Sequence record: MK327940.1
Reading direction: 5' to 3' (one strand)
DNA length: 64,000 nt
DNA from: Escherichia phage vB_EcoM_G29
Numbering within the stretch: position 1 is the first letter of the stretch; each line of letters begins with the position of its first letter. Both the position numbers and the translations under genes were made by a program. Below are positions 1 to 12,318 of the stretch, in pieces. The notes under the pieces are model-generated. The model did no database searches. It had not been told where the DNA came from and was given only the letters and a program-made list of their open reading frames with translations.

Positions 1-1338
<1,338 letters not shown>

Positions 1339-1366
1339 TATTAAAGCATATTAAAGAGGATTAAAA

Positions 1367-3346
1367 ATGACTTTATTATCTCCGGGCATTGAGCTCAAAG
1401 AAACTACGGTTCAAAGCACCGTGGTTAATAACTCTACTGGTACAGCAGCTTTGGCCGGTAAATTCCAGTGGGGTCCTGCTTTTCAGATTAAACAGGTTAC
1501 AAACGAAGTAGATTTAGTTAATACTTTTGGTCAACCTACAGCTGAAACTGCTGACTATTTTATGTCTGCAATGAATTTCTTACAATATGGAAATGATTTG
1601 CGAGTTGTGCGCGCTGTCGATAGAGATACCGCTAAAAACTCATCTCCGATTGCTGGTAATATTGAATACACAATTTCTACCCCAGGTAGTAACTACGCGG
1701 TTGGAGATAAAATCACGGTCAAATATGTTTCAGAAGATGTTGAAACAGAAGGTAAAATTACCGAAGTAGATGCTGATGGAAAAATTAAGAAAATTAATAT
1801 TCCTACTGCAAAAATTATTGCTAAAGCTAAAGAAGTTGGCGAATACCCAACATTAGGTTCTAACTGGACTGCAGAAATTTCTTCTTCATCTTCCGGTTTA
1901 GCTGCAGTAATAACTCTTGGAAAAATTATTACTGATTCCGGTATTTTATTAGCTGAAATCGAGAGCGCTGAAACTGCTATGACAGCAGTTGATTTTCAGG
2001 CAAATCTTGAAAAATATGGAATTCCAGGAGTAGTAGCTCTCTATCCAGGCGAATTAGGCGATAAAATTGAAATTGAAATCGTATCTAAAGCTGACTATGC
2101 GAAAGGCGCTTCTGCATTACTGCCAATTTATCCAGGTGGTGGTACTCGTGCATCTACTGCCAAGGCAGTATTTGGATATGGGCCGCAGACTGACTCACAG
2201 TACGCTATTATAGTTCGTCGAAATGATGCTATTGTTCAAAGCGTTGTTCTTTCAACTAAGCGTGGTGAAAAAGATATTTACGATAGTAACATCTATATTG
2301 ATGACTTTTTCGCAAAAGGTGGTTCAGAATATATTTTCGCAACTGCGCAAAACTGGCCAGAAGGCTTCTCTGGAATTTTAACTCTGTCTGGTGGATTATC
2401 ATCAAATGCTGAAGTAACAGCAGGAGATTTGATGGAAGCTTGGGACTTCTTTGCTGACCGCGAATCTGTTGACGTTCAGTTGTTTATTGCGGGTTCTTGT
2501 GCCGGTGAATCTCTTGAAACAGCATCTACTGTCCAAAAACATGTTGTTTCAATTGGTGATGCTCGTCAAGATTGCTTAGTATTGTGCTCACCTCCGCGTG
2601 AAACTGTAGTTGGAATTCCTGTAACTCGTGCAGTAGATAATTTAGTTAACTGGAGAACTGCAGCAGGTTCATACACTGATAATAACTTTAATATCAGTTC
2701 AACCTACGCAGCAATTGATGGTAACTACAAATATCAGTATGACAAATATAATGATGTGAATCGTTGGGTTCCATTAGCAGCTGATATTGCTGGTTTATGC
2801 GCAAGAACTGATAACGTATCTCAGACTTGGATGTCTCCAGCTGGTTATAATCGTGGCCAGATTCTTAACGTTATTAAACTTGCTATTGAAACTCGCCAAG
2901 CTCAGCGCGACCGTTTATACCAAGAAGCTATTAATCCAGTAACTGGTACAGGTGGCGATGGTTACGTATTGTATGGTGATAAAACAGCTACTTCTGTTCC
3001 TTCTCCATTTGATCGTATTAACGTTCGTCGTCTGTTTAATATGTTGAAAACGAATATCGGACGTAGTTCAAAATATCGTTTGTTCGAATTAAACAACGCG
3101 TTTACTCGTTCATCATTCCGCACAGAAACTGCCCAATACTTACAGGGAATTAAAGCTCTCGGTGGAATTTATGAATATCGTGTAGTTTGCGATACAACAA
3201 ATAACACTCCGTCAGTAATTGATAGAAATGAGTTTGTTGCAACATTCTACATTCAACCGGCTAGAAGCATTAACTACATTACCTTGAACTTCGTAGCAAC
3301 TGCTACTGGTGCAGATTTCGATGAGTTAACTGGTCTTGCTGGTTAA
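1367..3346 (+). CDS. 18: contractile tail sheath protein gp18 (659 aa)
   Basis: 659-aa ORF, same length as T4 gp18; ATG preceded by AGAGGA; late promoter upstream; position between 17 and 19. Confidence 0.95.
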   Translation: MTLLSPGIELKETTVQSTVVNNSTGTAALAGKFQWGPAFQIKQVTNEVDLVNTFGQPTAETADYFMSAMNFLQYGNDLRVVRAVDRDTAKNSSPIAGNIEYTISTPGSNYAVGDKITVKYVSEDVETEGKITEVDADGKIKKINIPTAKIIAKAKEVGEYPTLGSNWTAEISSSSSGLAAVITLGKIITDSGILLAEIESAETAMTAVDFQANLEKYGIPGVVALYPGELGDKIEIEIVSKADYAKGASALLPIYPGGGTRASTAKAVFGYGPQTDSQYAIIVRRNDAIVQSVVLSTKRGEKDIYDSNIYIDDFFAKGGSEYIFATAQNWPEGFSGILTLSGGLSSNAEVTAGDLMEAWDFFADRESVDVQLFIAGSCAGESLETASTVQKHVVSIGDARQDCLVLCSPPRETVVGIPVTRAVDNLVNWRTAAGSYTDNNFNISSTYAAIDGNYKYQYDKYNDVNRWVPLAADIAGLCARTDNVSQTWMSPAGYNRGQILNVIKLAIETRQAQRDRLYQEAINPVTGTGGDGYVLYGDKTATSVPSPFDRINVRRLFNMLKTNIGRSSKYRLFELNNAFTRSSFRTETAQYLQGIKALGGIYEYRVVCDTTNNTPSVIDRNEFVATFYIQPARSINYITLNFVATATGADFDELTGLAG

Positions 3347-3362
3347 TACGGTGCATTCTAAA

Positions 3363-3380
3363 GGCCTGTTTCGGCAGGCC
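3363..3380 (+). other. GC-rich stem-loop (ggcctg-tttcg-caggcc) downstream of gene 18
   Basis: Perfect 6-bp inverted repeat 17 nt after gene 18 stop; no U-tract, so likely an RNA-stability/processing hairpin rather than a strong terminator. Confidence 0.45.
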
Positions 3381-3440
3381 ATATAAATACACTATATCCT
3401 TAATTCTTTAATTCTATATGCCCTAGGTTAAACATAGGGA

Positions 3441-3448
3441 TATAAATA
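3441..3448 (+). promoter_or_regulatory. late promoter TATAAATA for gene 19 (second copy at 3382-3389)
   Basis: Exact TATAAATA 15 nt upstream of gene 19 ATG. Confidence 0.65.
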
Positions 3449-3462
3449 CTACAGAGGCTAAT

Positions 3463-3954
3463 ATGTTTGTAGATGATGTAACACGAGCGTTTGAATCTGG
3501 TGATTTTGCTCGACCTAACTTATTCCAAGTAGAAATTTCTTATCTTGGACAAAATTTTACATTCCAATGTAAAGCCACTGCTTTACCAGCTGGTATTGTA
3601 GAAAAAATTCCAGTCGGATTTATGAACCGTAAAATTAACGTAGCAGGCGATCGTACATTCGATGACTGGACTGTTACAGTAATGAACGATGAAGCTCATG
3701 ATGCTCGCCAGAAGTTTGTTGATTGGCAAAGCATTGCTGCTGGTCAAGGAAACGAAATTACTGGTGGAAAACCTGCAGAGTATAAAAAGAGCGCTATTGT
3801 TCGTCAATATGCTCGTGATGCTAAAACAGTAACAAAAGAAATTGAAATTAAAGGTCTGTGGCCTACTAACGTGGGTGAACTTCAATTAGATTGGGATTCA
3901 AACAATGAAATCCAAACCTTTGAAGTAACTCTTGCTCTCGATTATTGGGAATAA
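3463..3954 (+). CDS. 19: tail tube protein gp19 (163 aa)
   Basis: 163-aa ORF matching T4 gp19 length and order; two TATAAATA boxes upstream. Confidence 0.95.
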   Translation: MFVDDVTRAFESGDFARPNLFQVEISYLGQNFTFQCKATALPAGIVEKIPVGFMNRKINVAGDRTFDDWTVTVMNDEAHDARQKFVDWQSIAAGQGNEITGGKPAEYKKSAIVRQYARDAKTVTKEIEIKGLWPTNVGELQLDWDSNNEIQTFEVTLALDYWE

Positions 3955-3960
3955 AATGAA

Positions 3961-3976
3961 TGGGGAGAAATCCCCA
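3961..3976 (+). other. stem-loop with GAAA tetraloop downstream of gene 19
   Basis: tgggga-gaaa-tcccca inverted repeat 7 nt after stop. Confidence 0.45.
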
Positions 3977-3986
3977 TCCTGCTTAA

Positions 3987-5611
<1,625 letters not shown>

Positions 5612-5612
<1 letters not shown>

Positions 5613-5851
5613 TGGAAGGTTTAATTGAAGCTATTAAATCAAACGACCTCGTAGCCGCTCGTAAATTATTTGCTGAAGCCATGGCTGCAAGAACGACTGA
5701 TTTAATTAAAGAAGAAAAAATCGCTATCGCTCGTAATTTCTTAATCGAAGGTGAAGAACCTGATGACGAGGATGATGACGAAGACGAAGATAGTGATGAT
5801 AAAGACGACAAAAAAGACAAAGACTCTGACGAAGACGAGGATGATGAATAA
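5612..5851 (+). CDS. 67: prohead core protein gp67 (79 aa, poly-acidic C-terminus)
   Basis: Small ORF with D/E-rich tail, start overlaps gene 20 stop (TAATG); T4 order 20-67-68-21. Confidence 0.85.
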
Positions 5852-6276
5852 TGCTTCTGATCCCTGAAACTCATGAATTAGTTCTCGAGAATGTCGAAGC
5901 ACTTATTCCTGAAGCACAGGGTCGCTTTGACGAATTGTCTTCTGCTTTAAATAAAGACGATATAAATACAATTGTCGAGAATATGCTTGATGATGAAACT
6001 GATTTAGCGGTTGCATTAGCTTCTATTAATGAAAATATGCCGTTAAATGAATTTATCGTTAAACATGTTTCTGCCCGTGGTGAAATTACTCGCACTAAAG
6101 ATCGCAAAACCCGCGAACGTAATGCATTTCAAACTACCGGGTTGTCTAAAGCAAAACGTAGACAAATTGCTCGTAAAGCTACCAAAACGAAGATTGCCAA
6201 TCCAGCAGGTCAATCTCGTGCTCAGCGTAAGCGTAAAAAAGCTCTTAAACGCCGTAAAGCATTAGGATTAAGCTAA
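5851..6276 (+). CDS. 68: prohead core protein gp68 (141 aa)
   Basis: 141-aa ORF, start overlaps gp67 stop; basic C-terminus; position as in T4. Confidence 0.85.
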
Positions 6277-6914
6277 TGAATGAACCCCAATTACTAATTG
6301 AAACTTGGGGTCAACCTGGCGAAATTATTGATGGCGTACCAATGCTTGAATCTCATGATGGAAAAGACTTAGGTTTAAAACCGGGTTTATACATCGAAGG
6401 AATATTCATGCAAGCGGAAGTCGTCAATAGAAATAAACGTCTTTATCCAAAACGTATATTAGAAAAAGCGGTAAAAGACTATATTAATGAGCAAGTTTTA
6501 ACTAAACAAGCTCTCGGAGAATTAAATCATCCTCCACGCGCTAATGTTGACCCGATGCAAGCCGCTATCATTATAGAAGATATGTGGTGGAAAGGAAATG
6601 ACGTATACGGACGAGCTCGTGTTATTGAAGGTGACCACGGTCCTGGAGATAAATTAGCAGCTAATATTCGTGCCGGATGGATTCCAGGAGTTTCTTCTCG
6701 TGGATTAGGTTCATTGACTGACACAAATAAAGGTTATCGTATCGTAAACGAAGGATTCAAATTAACTGTAGGTGTTGATGCAGTATGGGGTCCAAGTGCT
6801 CCAGATGCATGGGTAACTCCTAAGGAAATTACCGAATCACAGACGGCGGAAGCCGATACAAGTGCCGATGACGCCTATATGGCTCTCGCAGAGGCCATGA
6901 AAAAAGCGTTATAA
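6276..6914 (+). CDS. 21: prohead core scaffold protein and protease gp21 (212 aa)
   Basis: 212-aa ORF, T4 gp21 length and position. Confidence 0.9.
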   Translation: MNEPQLLIETWGQPGEIIDGVPMLESHDGKDLGLKPGLYIEGIFMQAEVVNRNKRLYPKRILEKAVKDYINEQVLTKQALGELNHPPRANVDPMQAAIIIEDMWWKGNDVYGRARVIEGDHGPGDKLAANIRAGWIPGVSSRGLGSLTDTNKGYRIVNEGFKLTVGVDAVWGPSAPDAWVTPKEITESQTAEADTSADDAYMALAEAMKKAL

Positions 6915-6917
6915 ATA
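6910..6917 (+). promoter_or_regulatory. late promoter TATAAATA for gene 22
   Basis: Exact TATAAATA in the 21-22 intergenic region. Confidence 0.6.
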
Positions 6918-6944
6918 TTATTATCTAAACAACAGGACTACAAA

Positions 6945-7754
6945 ATGCTTAAAGAACAACTGATTGCCGAAGCGCAGAAAATTGATGCTTCCGTTGCTCT
7001 TGATAGTATTTTCGAATCAGTTAATATTTCTCCGGAAGCAAAAGAAACTTTCGGCACTGTATTCGAAGCTACCGTCAAGCAGCACGCCGTTAAATTAGCT
7101 GAATCTCATATCGCTAAAATTGCTGAAAAAGCAGAAGAAGAAGTAGAAAAAAATAAAGAAGAAGCAGAAGAAAAAGCTGAGAAGAAAATCGCTGAGCAAG
7201 CTTCTAAATTCCTTGACCATCTTGCAAAAGAATGGCTCACTGAAAATAAATTAGCAGTAGATAAAGGTATCAAAGCCGAACTGTTTGAATCCATGCTTGG
7301 TGGATTGAAAGAGCTCTTCGTTGAACACAACGTTGTTGTTCCAGAAGAATCAGTTGATGTTGTAGCTGAAATGGAAGAAGAACTGCAAGAACATAAAGAA
7401 GAATCAGCTCGTCTGTTCGAAGAACTCAATAAGCGTGACGCATATATCAATTATGTGCAGCGTGAAGTGGCATTGAGCGAAAGTACTAAAGATCTGACTG
7501 AGTCTCAAAAAGAAAAAGTCTCTGCTCTGGTCGAAGGTATGGATTATTCAGATGCATTCTCAAGTAAATTGAGTGCAATCGTAGAAATGGTGAAGAAATC
7601 TAATAAAGATGAAAGCACTATTACTGAGAGTATAAATACTCCTGATACTGAAGCAGCCGGACTGAATTTCGTCACTGAAGCTGTAGAAGATAAATCTGCA
7701 CAAGGTGCAGAAGATATTGTAAGTGTATATGCGAAAGTCGCATCTCGTTTCTAA
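6945..7754 (+). CDS. 22: major prohead scaffolding core protein gp22 (269 aa)
   Basis: 269-aa highly acidic coiled-coil-like ORF, T4 gp22 length and position; TATAAATA at 6910-6917. Confidence 0.9.
   Translation: MLKEQLIAEAQKIDASVALDSIFESVNISPEAKETFGTVFEATVKQHAVKLAESHIAKIAEKAEEEVEKNKEEAEEKAEKKIAEQASKFLDHLAKEWLTENKLAVDKGIKAELFESMLGGLKELFVEHNVVVPEESVDVVAEMEEELQEHKEESARLFEELNKRDAYINYVQREVALSESTKDLTESQKEKVSALVEGMDYSDAFSSKLSAIVEMVKKSNKDESTITESINTPDTEAAGLNFVTEAVEDKSAQGAEDIVSVYAKVASRF
7631..7638 (+). promoter_or_regulatory. candidate late promoter TATAAATA within 3' end of gene 22 (for gene 23)
   Basis: Exact TATAAATA about 135 nt upstream of gene 23 ATG. Confidence 0.4.
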
Positions 7755-7772
7755 TTTTAAAGGTTAACACAA

Positions 7773-9338
7773 ATGACTATCAAAACTAAAGCTGAACTTT
7801 TGAACAAATGGAAGCCATTACTGGAAGGTGAAGGTTTACCGGAAATTGCTAATAGCAAACAAGCGATTATCGCTAAAATCTTTGAAAACCAGGAAAAAGA
7901 TTTCCAGACAGCTCCGGAATATAAAGACGAAAAAATTGCTCAGGCATTCGGTTCTTTCTTAACAGAAGCTGAAATCGGTGGTGACCACGGTTACAATGCT
8001 ACCAACATCGCCGCAGGTCAGACTTCTGGCGCAGTAACTCAGATTGGCCCAGCTGTTATGGGTATGGTACGTCGTGCTATTCCTAACCTGATTGCTTTCG
8101 ATATTTGTGGTGTTCAGCCAATGAACAGCCCGACTGGCCAGGTATTCGCGCTGCGCGCAGTATATGGTAAAGATCCAATCGCTTCCGGCGCTAAAGAAGC
8201 ATTCCACCCAATGTATGGTCCAGATGCAATGTTCTCTGGTCAGGGTGCTGCTAAGAAATTCGCTGCTTTGAAAGCAAGTGATACTCTTGAAGTCGGAACT
8301 ATTTACACTCACTTCTTCCAGGAAACTGGTACAGTATATCTGCAAGCTACAGCAGCTAAACAAATTGATTCAGGCGCATCTGACGCAGACAAATTAGATG
8401 CTGAAATTAAGAAACAAATGGAAGCTGGTGTACTGGTAGAAATCGCTGAAGGTATGGCTACTTCTATCGCTGAACTTCAGGAAGGTTTCAACGGTTCTAC
8501 CGATAACCCATGGAATGAAATGGGCTTCCGTATCGATAAACAAGTTATCGAAGCTAAATCTCGTCAGCTGAAAGCTGCTTACTCTATTGAATTAGCACAA
8601 GACCTTCGCGCTGTTCACGGTATGGATGCTGATGCTGAACTGTCTGGTATTCTGGCTACCGAAATTATGCTGGAAATCAACCGCGAAGTTGTTGATTGGA
8701 TTAACTACTCCGCTCAGGTTGGTAAATCTGGTATGACCCTGACTCCGGGTTCTAAAGCTGGTGTATTTGACTTCCAGGACCCAATCGATATTCGTGGTGC
8801 TCGCTGGGCAGGTGAATCCTTTAAAGCTCTGTTGTTCCAGATTGACAAAGAAGCAGTTGAAATTGCTCGTCAGACTGGTCGCGGCGAAGGTAACTTCATT
8901 ATCGCTTCCCGTAACGTAGTTAACGTTCTGGCTTCAGTTGATACCGGCATTTCTTATGCTGCACAAGGTCTGGCTACTGGCTTTAACACTGATACTACCA
9001 AGTCAGTATTTGCTGGTGTTCTGGGTGGTAAATACCGTGTATATATCGACCAGTATGCTAAACAGGATTATTTCACCGTAGGTTATAAAGGTCCGAACGA
9101 AATGGATGCTGGTATTTACTATGCTCCATATGTAGCTCTGACTCCGCTGCGTGGTTCTGATCCGAAGAACTTCCAACCGGTAATGGGATTCAAAACTCGT
9201 TACGGTATCGGTATCAACCCATTTGCAGAATCCGCTGCTCAGGCTCCGGCTTCTCGCATCCAGAGCGGTATGCCTTCTATTCTGAATAGCCTTGGTAAAA
9301 ACGCTTACTTCCGCCGTGTATATGTTAAAGGTATCTAA
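7773..9338 (+). CDS. 23: major capsid protein gp23 (521 aa)
   Basis: 521-aa ORF equal to T4 gp23 precursor length; high-expression codon usage; strong terminator follows. Confidence 0.97.
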   Translation: MTIKTKAELLNKWKPLLEGEGLPEIANSKQAIIAKIFENQEKDFQTAPEYKDEKIAQAFGSFLTEAEIGGDHGYNATNIAAGQTSGAVTQIGPAVMGMVRRAIPNLIAFDICGVQPMNSPTGQVFALRAVYGKDPIASGAKEAFHPMYGPDAMFSGQGAAKKFAALKASDTLEVGTIYTHFFQETGTVYLQATAAKQIDSGASDADKLDAEIKKQMEAGVLVEIAEGMATSIAELQEGFNGSTDNPWNEMGFRIDKQVIEAKSRQLKAAYSIELAQDLRAVHGMDADAELSGILATEIMLEINREVVDWINYSAQVGKSGMTLTPGSKAGVFDFQDPIDIRGARWAGESFKALLFQIDKEAVEIARQTGRGEGNFIIASRNVVNVLASVDTGISYAAQGLATGFNTDTTKSVFAGVLGGKYRVYIDQYAKQDYFTVGYKGPNEMDAGIYYAPYVALTPLRGSDPKNFQPVMGFKTRYGIGINPFAESAAQAPASRIQSGMPSILNSLGKNAYFRRVYVKGI

Positions 9339-9353
9339 TCTTTGACGATTTAA

Positions 9354-9383
9354 GGGACCTTCGGGTCCCTTTAGTTGTTTTTA
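9354..9383 (+). terminator. intrinsic terminator after gene 23 (UUCG tetraloop hairpin + U-tract)
   Basis: gggacc-ttcg-ggtccc followed by tttagttgttttta. Confidence 0.75.
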
Positions 9384-9386
9384 TGG

Positions 9387-9394
9387 TATAAATA
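9387..9394 (+). promoter_or_regulatory. late promoter TATAAATA for gene 24
   Basis: Exact TATAAATA 28 nt upstream of gene 24 ATG, just after gene 23 terminator. Confidence 0.65.
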
Positions 9395-9421
9395 AATCAT
9401 ATAAACTGAAAGGAAAGCGCA

Positions 9422-10705
9422 ATGGCTAAAATCAACGAACTTCTGCGCGAATCAACCACAACGAATAGCAACTCAATCGGTCGCCCAAATCTCGTTGCTT
9501 TGACTCGCGCTACCACTAAATTAATATATTCTGACATTGTAGCAACGCAAAGAACTAATCAACCTGTTGCTGCTTTTTATGGTATCAAATACCTTAACCC
9601 GGATAACGAATTTACATTTAAAACTGGTGCTACTTACGCCGGCGAAGCTGGATATGTAGACCGAGAACAAATCACAGAATTAACAGAAGAGTCTAAATTA
9701 ACTCTCAATAAGGGCGATTTATTCAAATATAATAATATCGTTTATAAAGTATTAGAAGATACACCATTTGCTGATATTGAAGAAAGCGATTTAGAATTAG
9801 CTCTTCAGATTGCAATTGTTCTTTTAAAGGTTCGTCTATTTTCTGACGCAGCGTCAACAAGCAAATTTGAAAGCTCTGATAGTGAAATTGCGGATGCTAG
9901 ATTCCAGATTAATAAATGGCAAACCGCAGTTAAATCTCGTAAACTTAAAACTGGTATCACAGTTGAATTAGCACAAGATTTAGAAGCAAATGGATTCGAT
10001 GCTCCTAATTTCTTGGAAGATTTGCTTGCAACCGAAATGGCAGATGAAATCAATAAAGATATTCTGCAGTCTTTGATTACAGTGTCAAAACGCTATAAAG
10101 TTACAGGAATTACTGATACTGGATTCATCGATTTGAGTTATGCATCTGCACCTGAAGCTGGTCGTTCATTATACCGAATGGTATGTGAAATGGTTTCACA
10201 TATCCAGAAAGAATCAACTTATACAGCAACGTTCTGTGTTGCTTCAGCTCGTGCCGCTGCGATTCTTGCTGCATCAGGTTGGTTAAAACATAAACCAGAA
10301 GATGACAAATATCTTTCACAAAATGCCTACGGGTTCTTAGCTAATGGTTTACCGCTTTATTGCGATACCAACAGCCCATTAGATTATGTAATCGTTGGCG
10401 TAGTAGAAAATATCGGTGAAAAAGAAATTGTTGGATCAATTTTCTATGCTCCGTATACAGAAGGTCTTGACTTAGATGACCCTGAACATGTAGGTGCATT
10501 TAAAGTTGTAGTTGATCCAGAAAGTTTGCAGCCATCTATCGGTTTATTAGTTAGATATGCTTTATCTGCAAATCCTTACACTGTAGCAAAAGATGAAAAA
10601 GAAGCAAGAGTAATTGATGGTGGAGACATGGATAAAATGGCGGGTCGTTCAGATTTGTCTGTTTTATTAGGTGTTAAGCTACCAAAAATTATCATTGATG
10701 AATAA
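9422..10705 (+). CDS. 24: capsid vertex protein gp24 (427 aa)
   Basis: 427-aa ORF, gp23 paralog position and length as in T4. Confidence 0.95.
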   Translation: MAKINELLRESTTTNSNSIGRPNLVALTRATTKLIYSDIVATQRTNQPVAAFYGIKYLNPDNEFTFKTGATYAGEAGYVDREQITELTEESKLTLNKGDLFKYNNIVYKVLEDTPFADIEESDLELALQIAIVLLKVRLFSDAASTSKFESSDSEIADARFQINKWQTAVKSRKLKTGITVELAQDLEANGFDAPNFLEDLLATEMADEINKDILQSLITVSKRYKVTGITDTGFIDLSYASAPEAGRSLYRMVCEMVSHIQKESTYTATFCVASARAAAILAASGWLKHKPEDDKYLSQNAYGFLANGLPLYCDTNSPLDYVIVGVVENIGEKEIVGSIFYAPYTEGLDLDDPEHVGAFKVVVDPESLQPSIGLLVRYALSANPYTVAKDEKEARVIDGGDMDKMAGRSDLSVLLGVKLPKIIIDE

Positions 10706-10710
10706 AACAA

Positions 10711-10735
10711 AGGGACCTTTCGGTCCCTTTTTATT
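10711..10735. terminator. bidirectional intrinsic terminator between gene 24 and rnlB
   Basis: agggacc-tttc-ggtccct flanked by A-run upstream and T-run downstream. Confidence 0.7.
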
Positions 10736-11739
10736 TAACTTACCAATTCAATCCAAGCCGGACGAAGTACATCTTGTACCATTTTAACTAATTCCTTCTT
10801 AATCAAAGAAGGATTATCCGCTTGAGTTAGAGTAATACCTTCACGAGAAGTTTCTTCCAAAATATCTTGAACCGTTAGTCCCATCACCTTTCCAAAATCT
10901 TTTGGACCAATTTCACCAATTTTAGAAATAACGTTATTTACTCGGTTCAGTGTAACATAACAAGCTAAAATTCCCAGCAATTTATTATCAGCTTCTGACA
11001 ACTCAACTTTAGCTTTAATAGGCTTATCAGACTTTTTCTTTTCACTAAATTTAGAGTTCTTGCATTTGATGGCTACACGATTGCGATTAGGCAGCCAAGA
11101 AGGATAACAAGGTTTCAATACATATCCTTCAGCGGTAAATACTTCGCCTTTTGCTTCAGCATTCCAAACGCATTTATTTGCATCAACTAATCCAGCATGG
11201 TCTACCGTAAAATTATAATCCTGTACGACAGAATCTAAATCATTTGGCAATTTAATAAGTTCTTCAAATTTACCACGACCTAAAAGTGGAGCCATTTTAA
11301 ATTTAAATGTATTACAGAATGATTCCATCATATAATCATCGACATAAATTACATCACCACTTTCTGTAGTAACAATAATGTCAAATACATAAAAATCTTT
11401 ATCACCATAATCGACATTCTTCTGAATGCCAGGTCCGGCGAATTCACCAAAGACTTGATAAGATACAACCGCTGAAGTTTCCATAATATCTTGTACTGCT
11501 TTAATGGAATCAGCGTAATTCTTCAAAATAATTTCATACCCAAAGAAATCTTCAGCAGGAAGAATAGGACCAGTTCGTTTAGCACAAGTTACTTTATCAC
11601 GCTCAATAATCAATGAGAAATTTGTGCCGTGAATCTTTTCACGAGCTACCCATTCGCCGCCAGTCAATCCTAAACTGTAAAGTTTTTCAATAAATTTAGA
11701 GTTGTAATGATTTTCAAGACTGCTATACTTTTTAAACAT
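10735..11739 (-). CDS. rnlB: RNA ligase 2 (334 aa)
   Basis: 334-aa ORF immediately downstream of gene 24 on opposite strand, as T4 rnlB (24.1). Confidence 0.85.
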   Translation of the reverse strand: MFKKYSSLENHYNSKFIEKLYSLGLTGGEWVAREKIHGTNFSLIIERDKVTCAKRTGPILPAEDFFGYEIILKNYADSIKAVQDIMETSAVVSYQVFGEFAGPGIQKNVDYGDKDFYVFDIIVTTESGDVIYVDDYMMESFCNTFKFKMAPLLGRGKFEELIKLPNDLDSVVQDYNFTVDHAGLVDANKCVWNAEAKGEVFTAEGYVLKPCYPSWLPNRNRVAIKCKNSKFSEKKKSDKPIKAKVELSEADNKLLGILACYVTLNRVNNVISKIGEIGPKDFGKVMGLTVQDILEETSREGITLTQADNPSLIKKELVKMVQDVLRPAWIELVS

Positions 11740-11748
11740 AATTAATCC

Positions 11749-12027
11749 TCAAAATGTAATTTCTAACCAATCACCATCACGCTGATCACTATTGACTTTA
11801 AAGCTAAATCCTTCTTTTCTCAGCCAATCACCAATTTCTTCAGTAATCAATTTATCGCGAGCAGTACAATAATAACTAAAATATGTTTTACCTTGTTCAG
11901 CTGCTTTATTAGCAAGTTCCGAAAAATCTTTAATAAAACACTCTAGCTTAAACTGTTTACTTTTAAGTGCTTTTTCACGTAATTGATTAGCAAAAGATTC
12001 ATTTTCATAAAGATCATACTGTTCCAT
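11749..12027 (-). CDS. hypothetical protein (positional equivalent of T4 24.2), 92 aa
   Basis: ORF with ATG start, in operon with rnlB. Confidence 0.6.
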   Translation of the reverse strand: MEQYDLYENESFANQLREKALKSKQFKLECFIKDFSELANKAAEQGKTYFSYYCTARDKLITEEIGDWLRKEGFSFKVNSDQRDGDWLEITF

Positions 12028-12229
12028 TTTTCACCTTTTTATTAATATGCCTTTTTCTATAGACAACTTTTTCTCGAGTTTCAAATTTATTCTTAGCAGT
12101 CATAGCTCGAGCCCATAATACAGCCACTTCTTTCGCCTGTAAGTTTAATTCACGAGCAATTTCAATGAATGACTTTCCAGACTCATGAAGAGTAAACACC
12201 ACAACCTCAGTTCTCATAATCAATCTCAT
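12014..12229 (-). CDS. small putative helix-turn-helix protein (positional equivalent of T4 24.3), 71 aa
   Basis: ORF; segment ESGKSFIEIARELNLQAKEV resembles an HTH motif. Confidence 0.55.
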   Translation of the reverse strand: MRLIMRTEVVVFTLHESGKSFIEIARELNLQAKEVAVLWARAMTAKNKFETREKVVYRKRHINKKVKNGTV

Positions 12230-12295
12230 GTTATCGAGTTGATGCCATTATATACATCATTTTCTGAGTATGTTTTGTGTGCTTTCAAAATGAAG

Positions 12296-12316
12296 AAAGG
12301 GGCCGAAGCCCCTTAT
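12296..12316 (-). terminator. intrinsic terminator after hoc
   Basis: Minus strand: aagggg-cuucg-gcccctt hairpin followed by U-rich tract, 3 nt after hoc stop. Confidence 0.6.
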
Positions 12317-12318
12317 GA

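Noticed and set aside
1587-1769. 60-aa plus-strand ORF
   Set aside because: Nested out of frame inside gene 18
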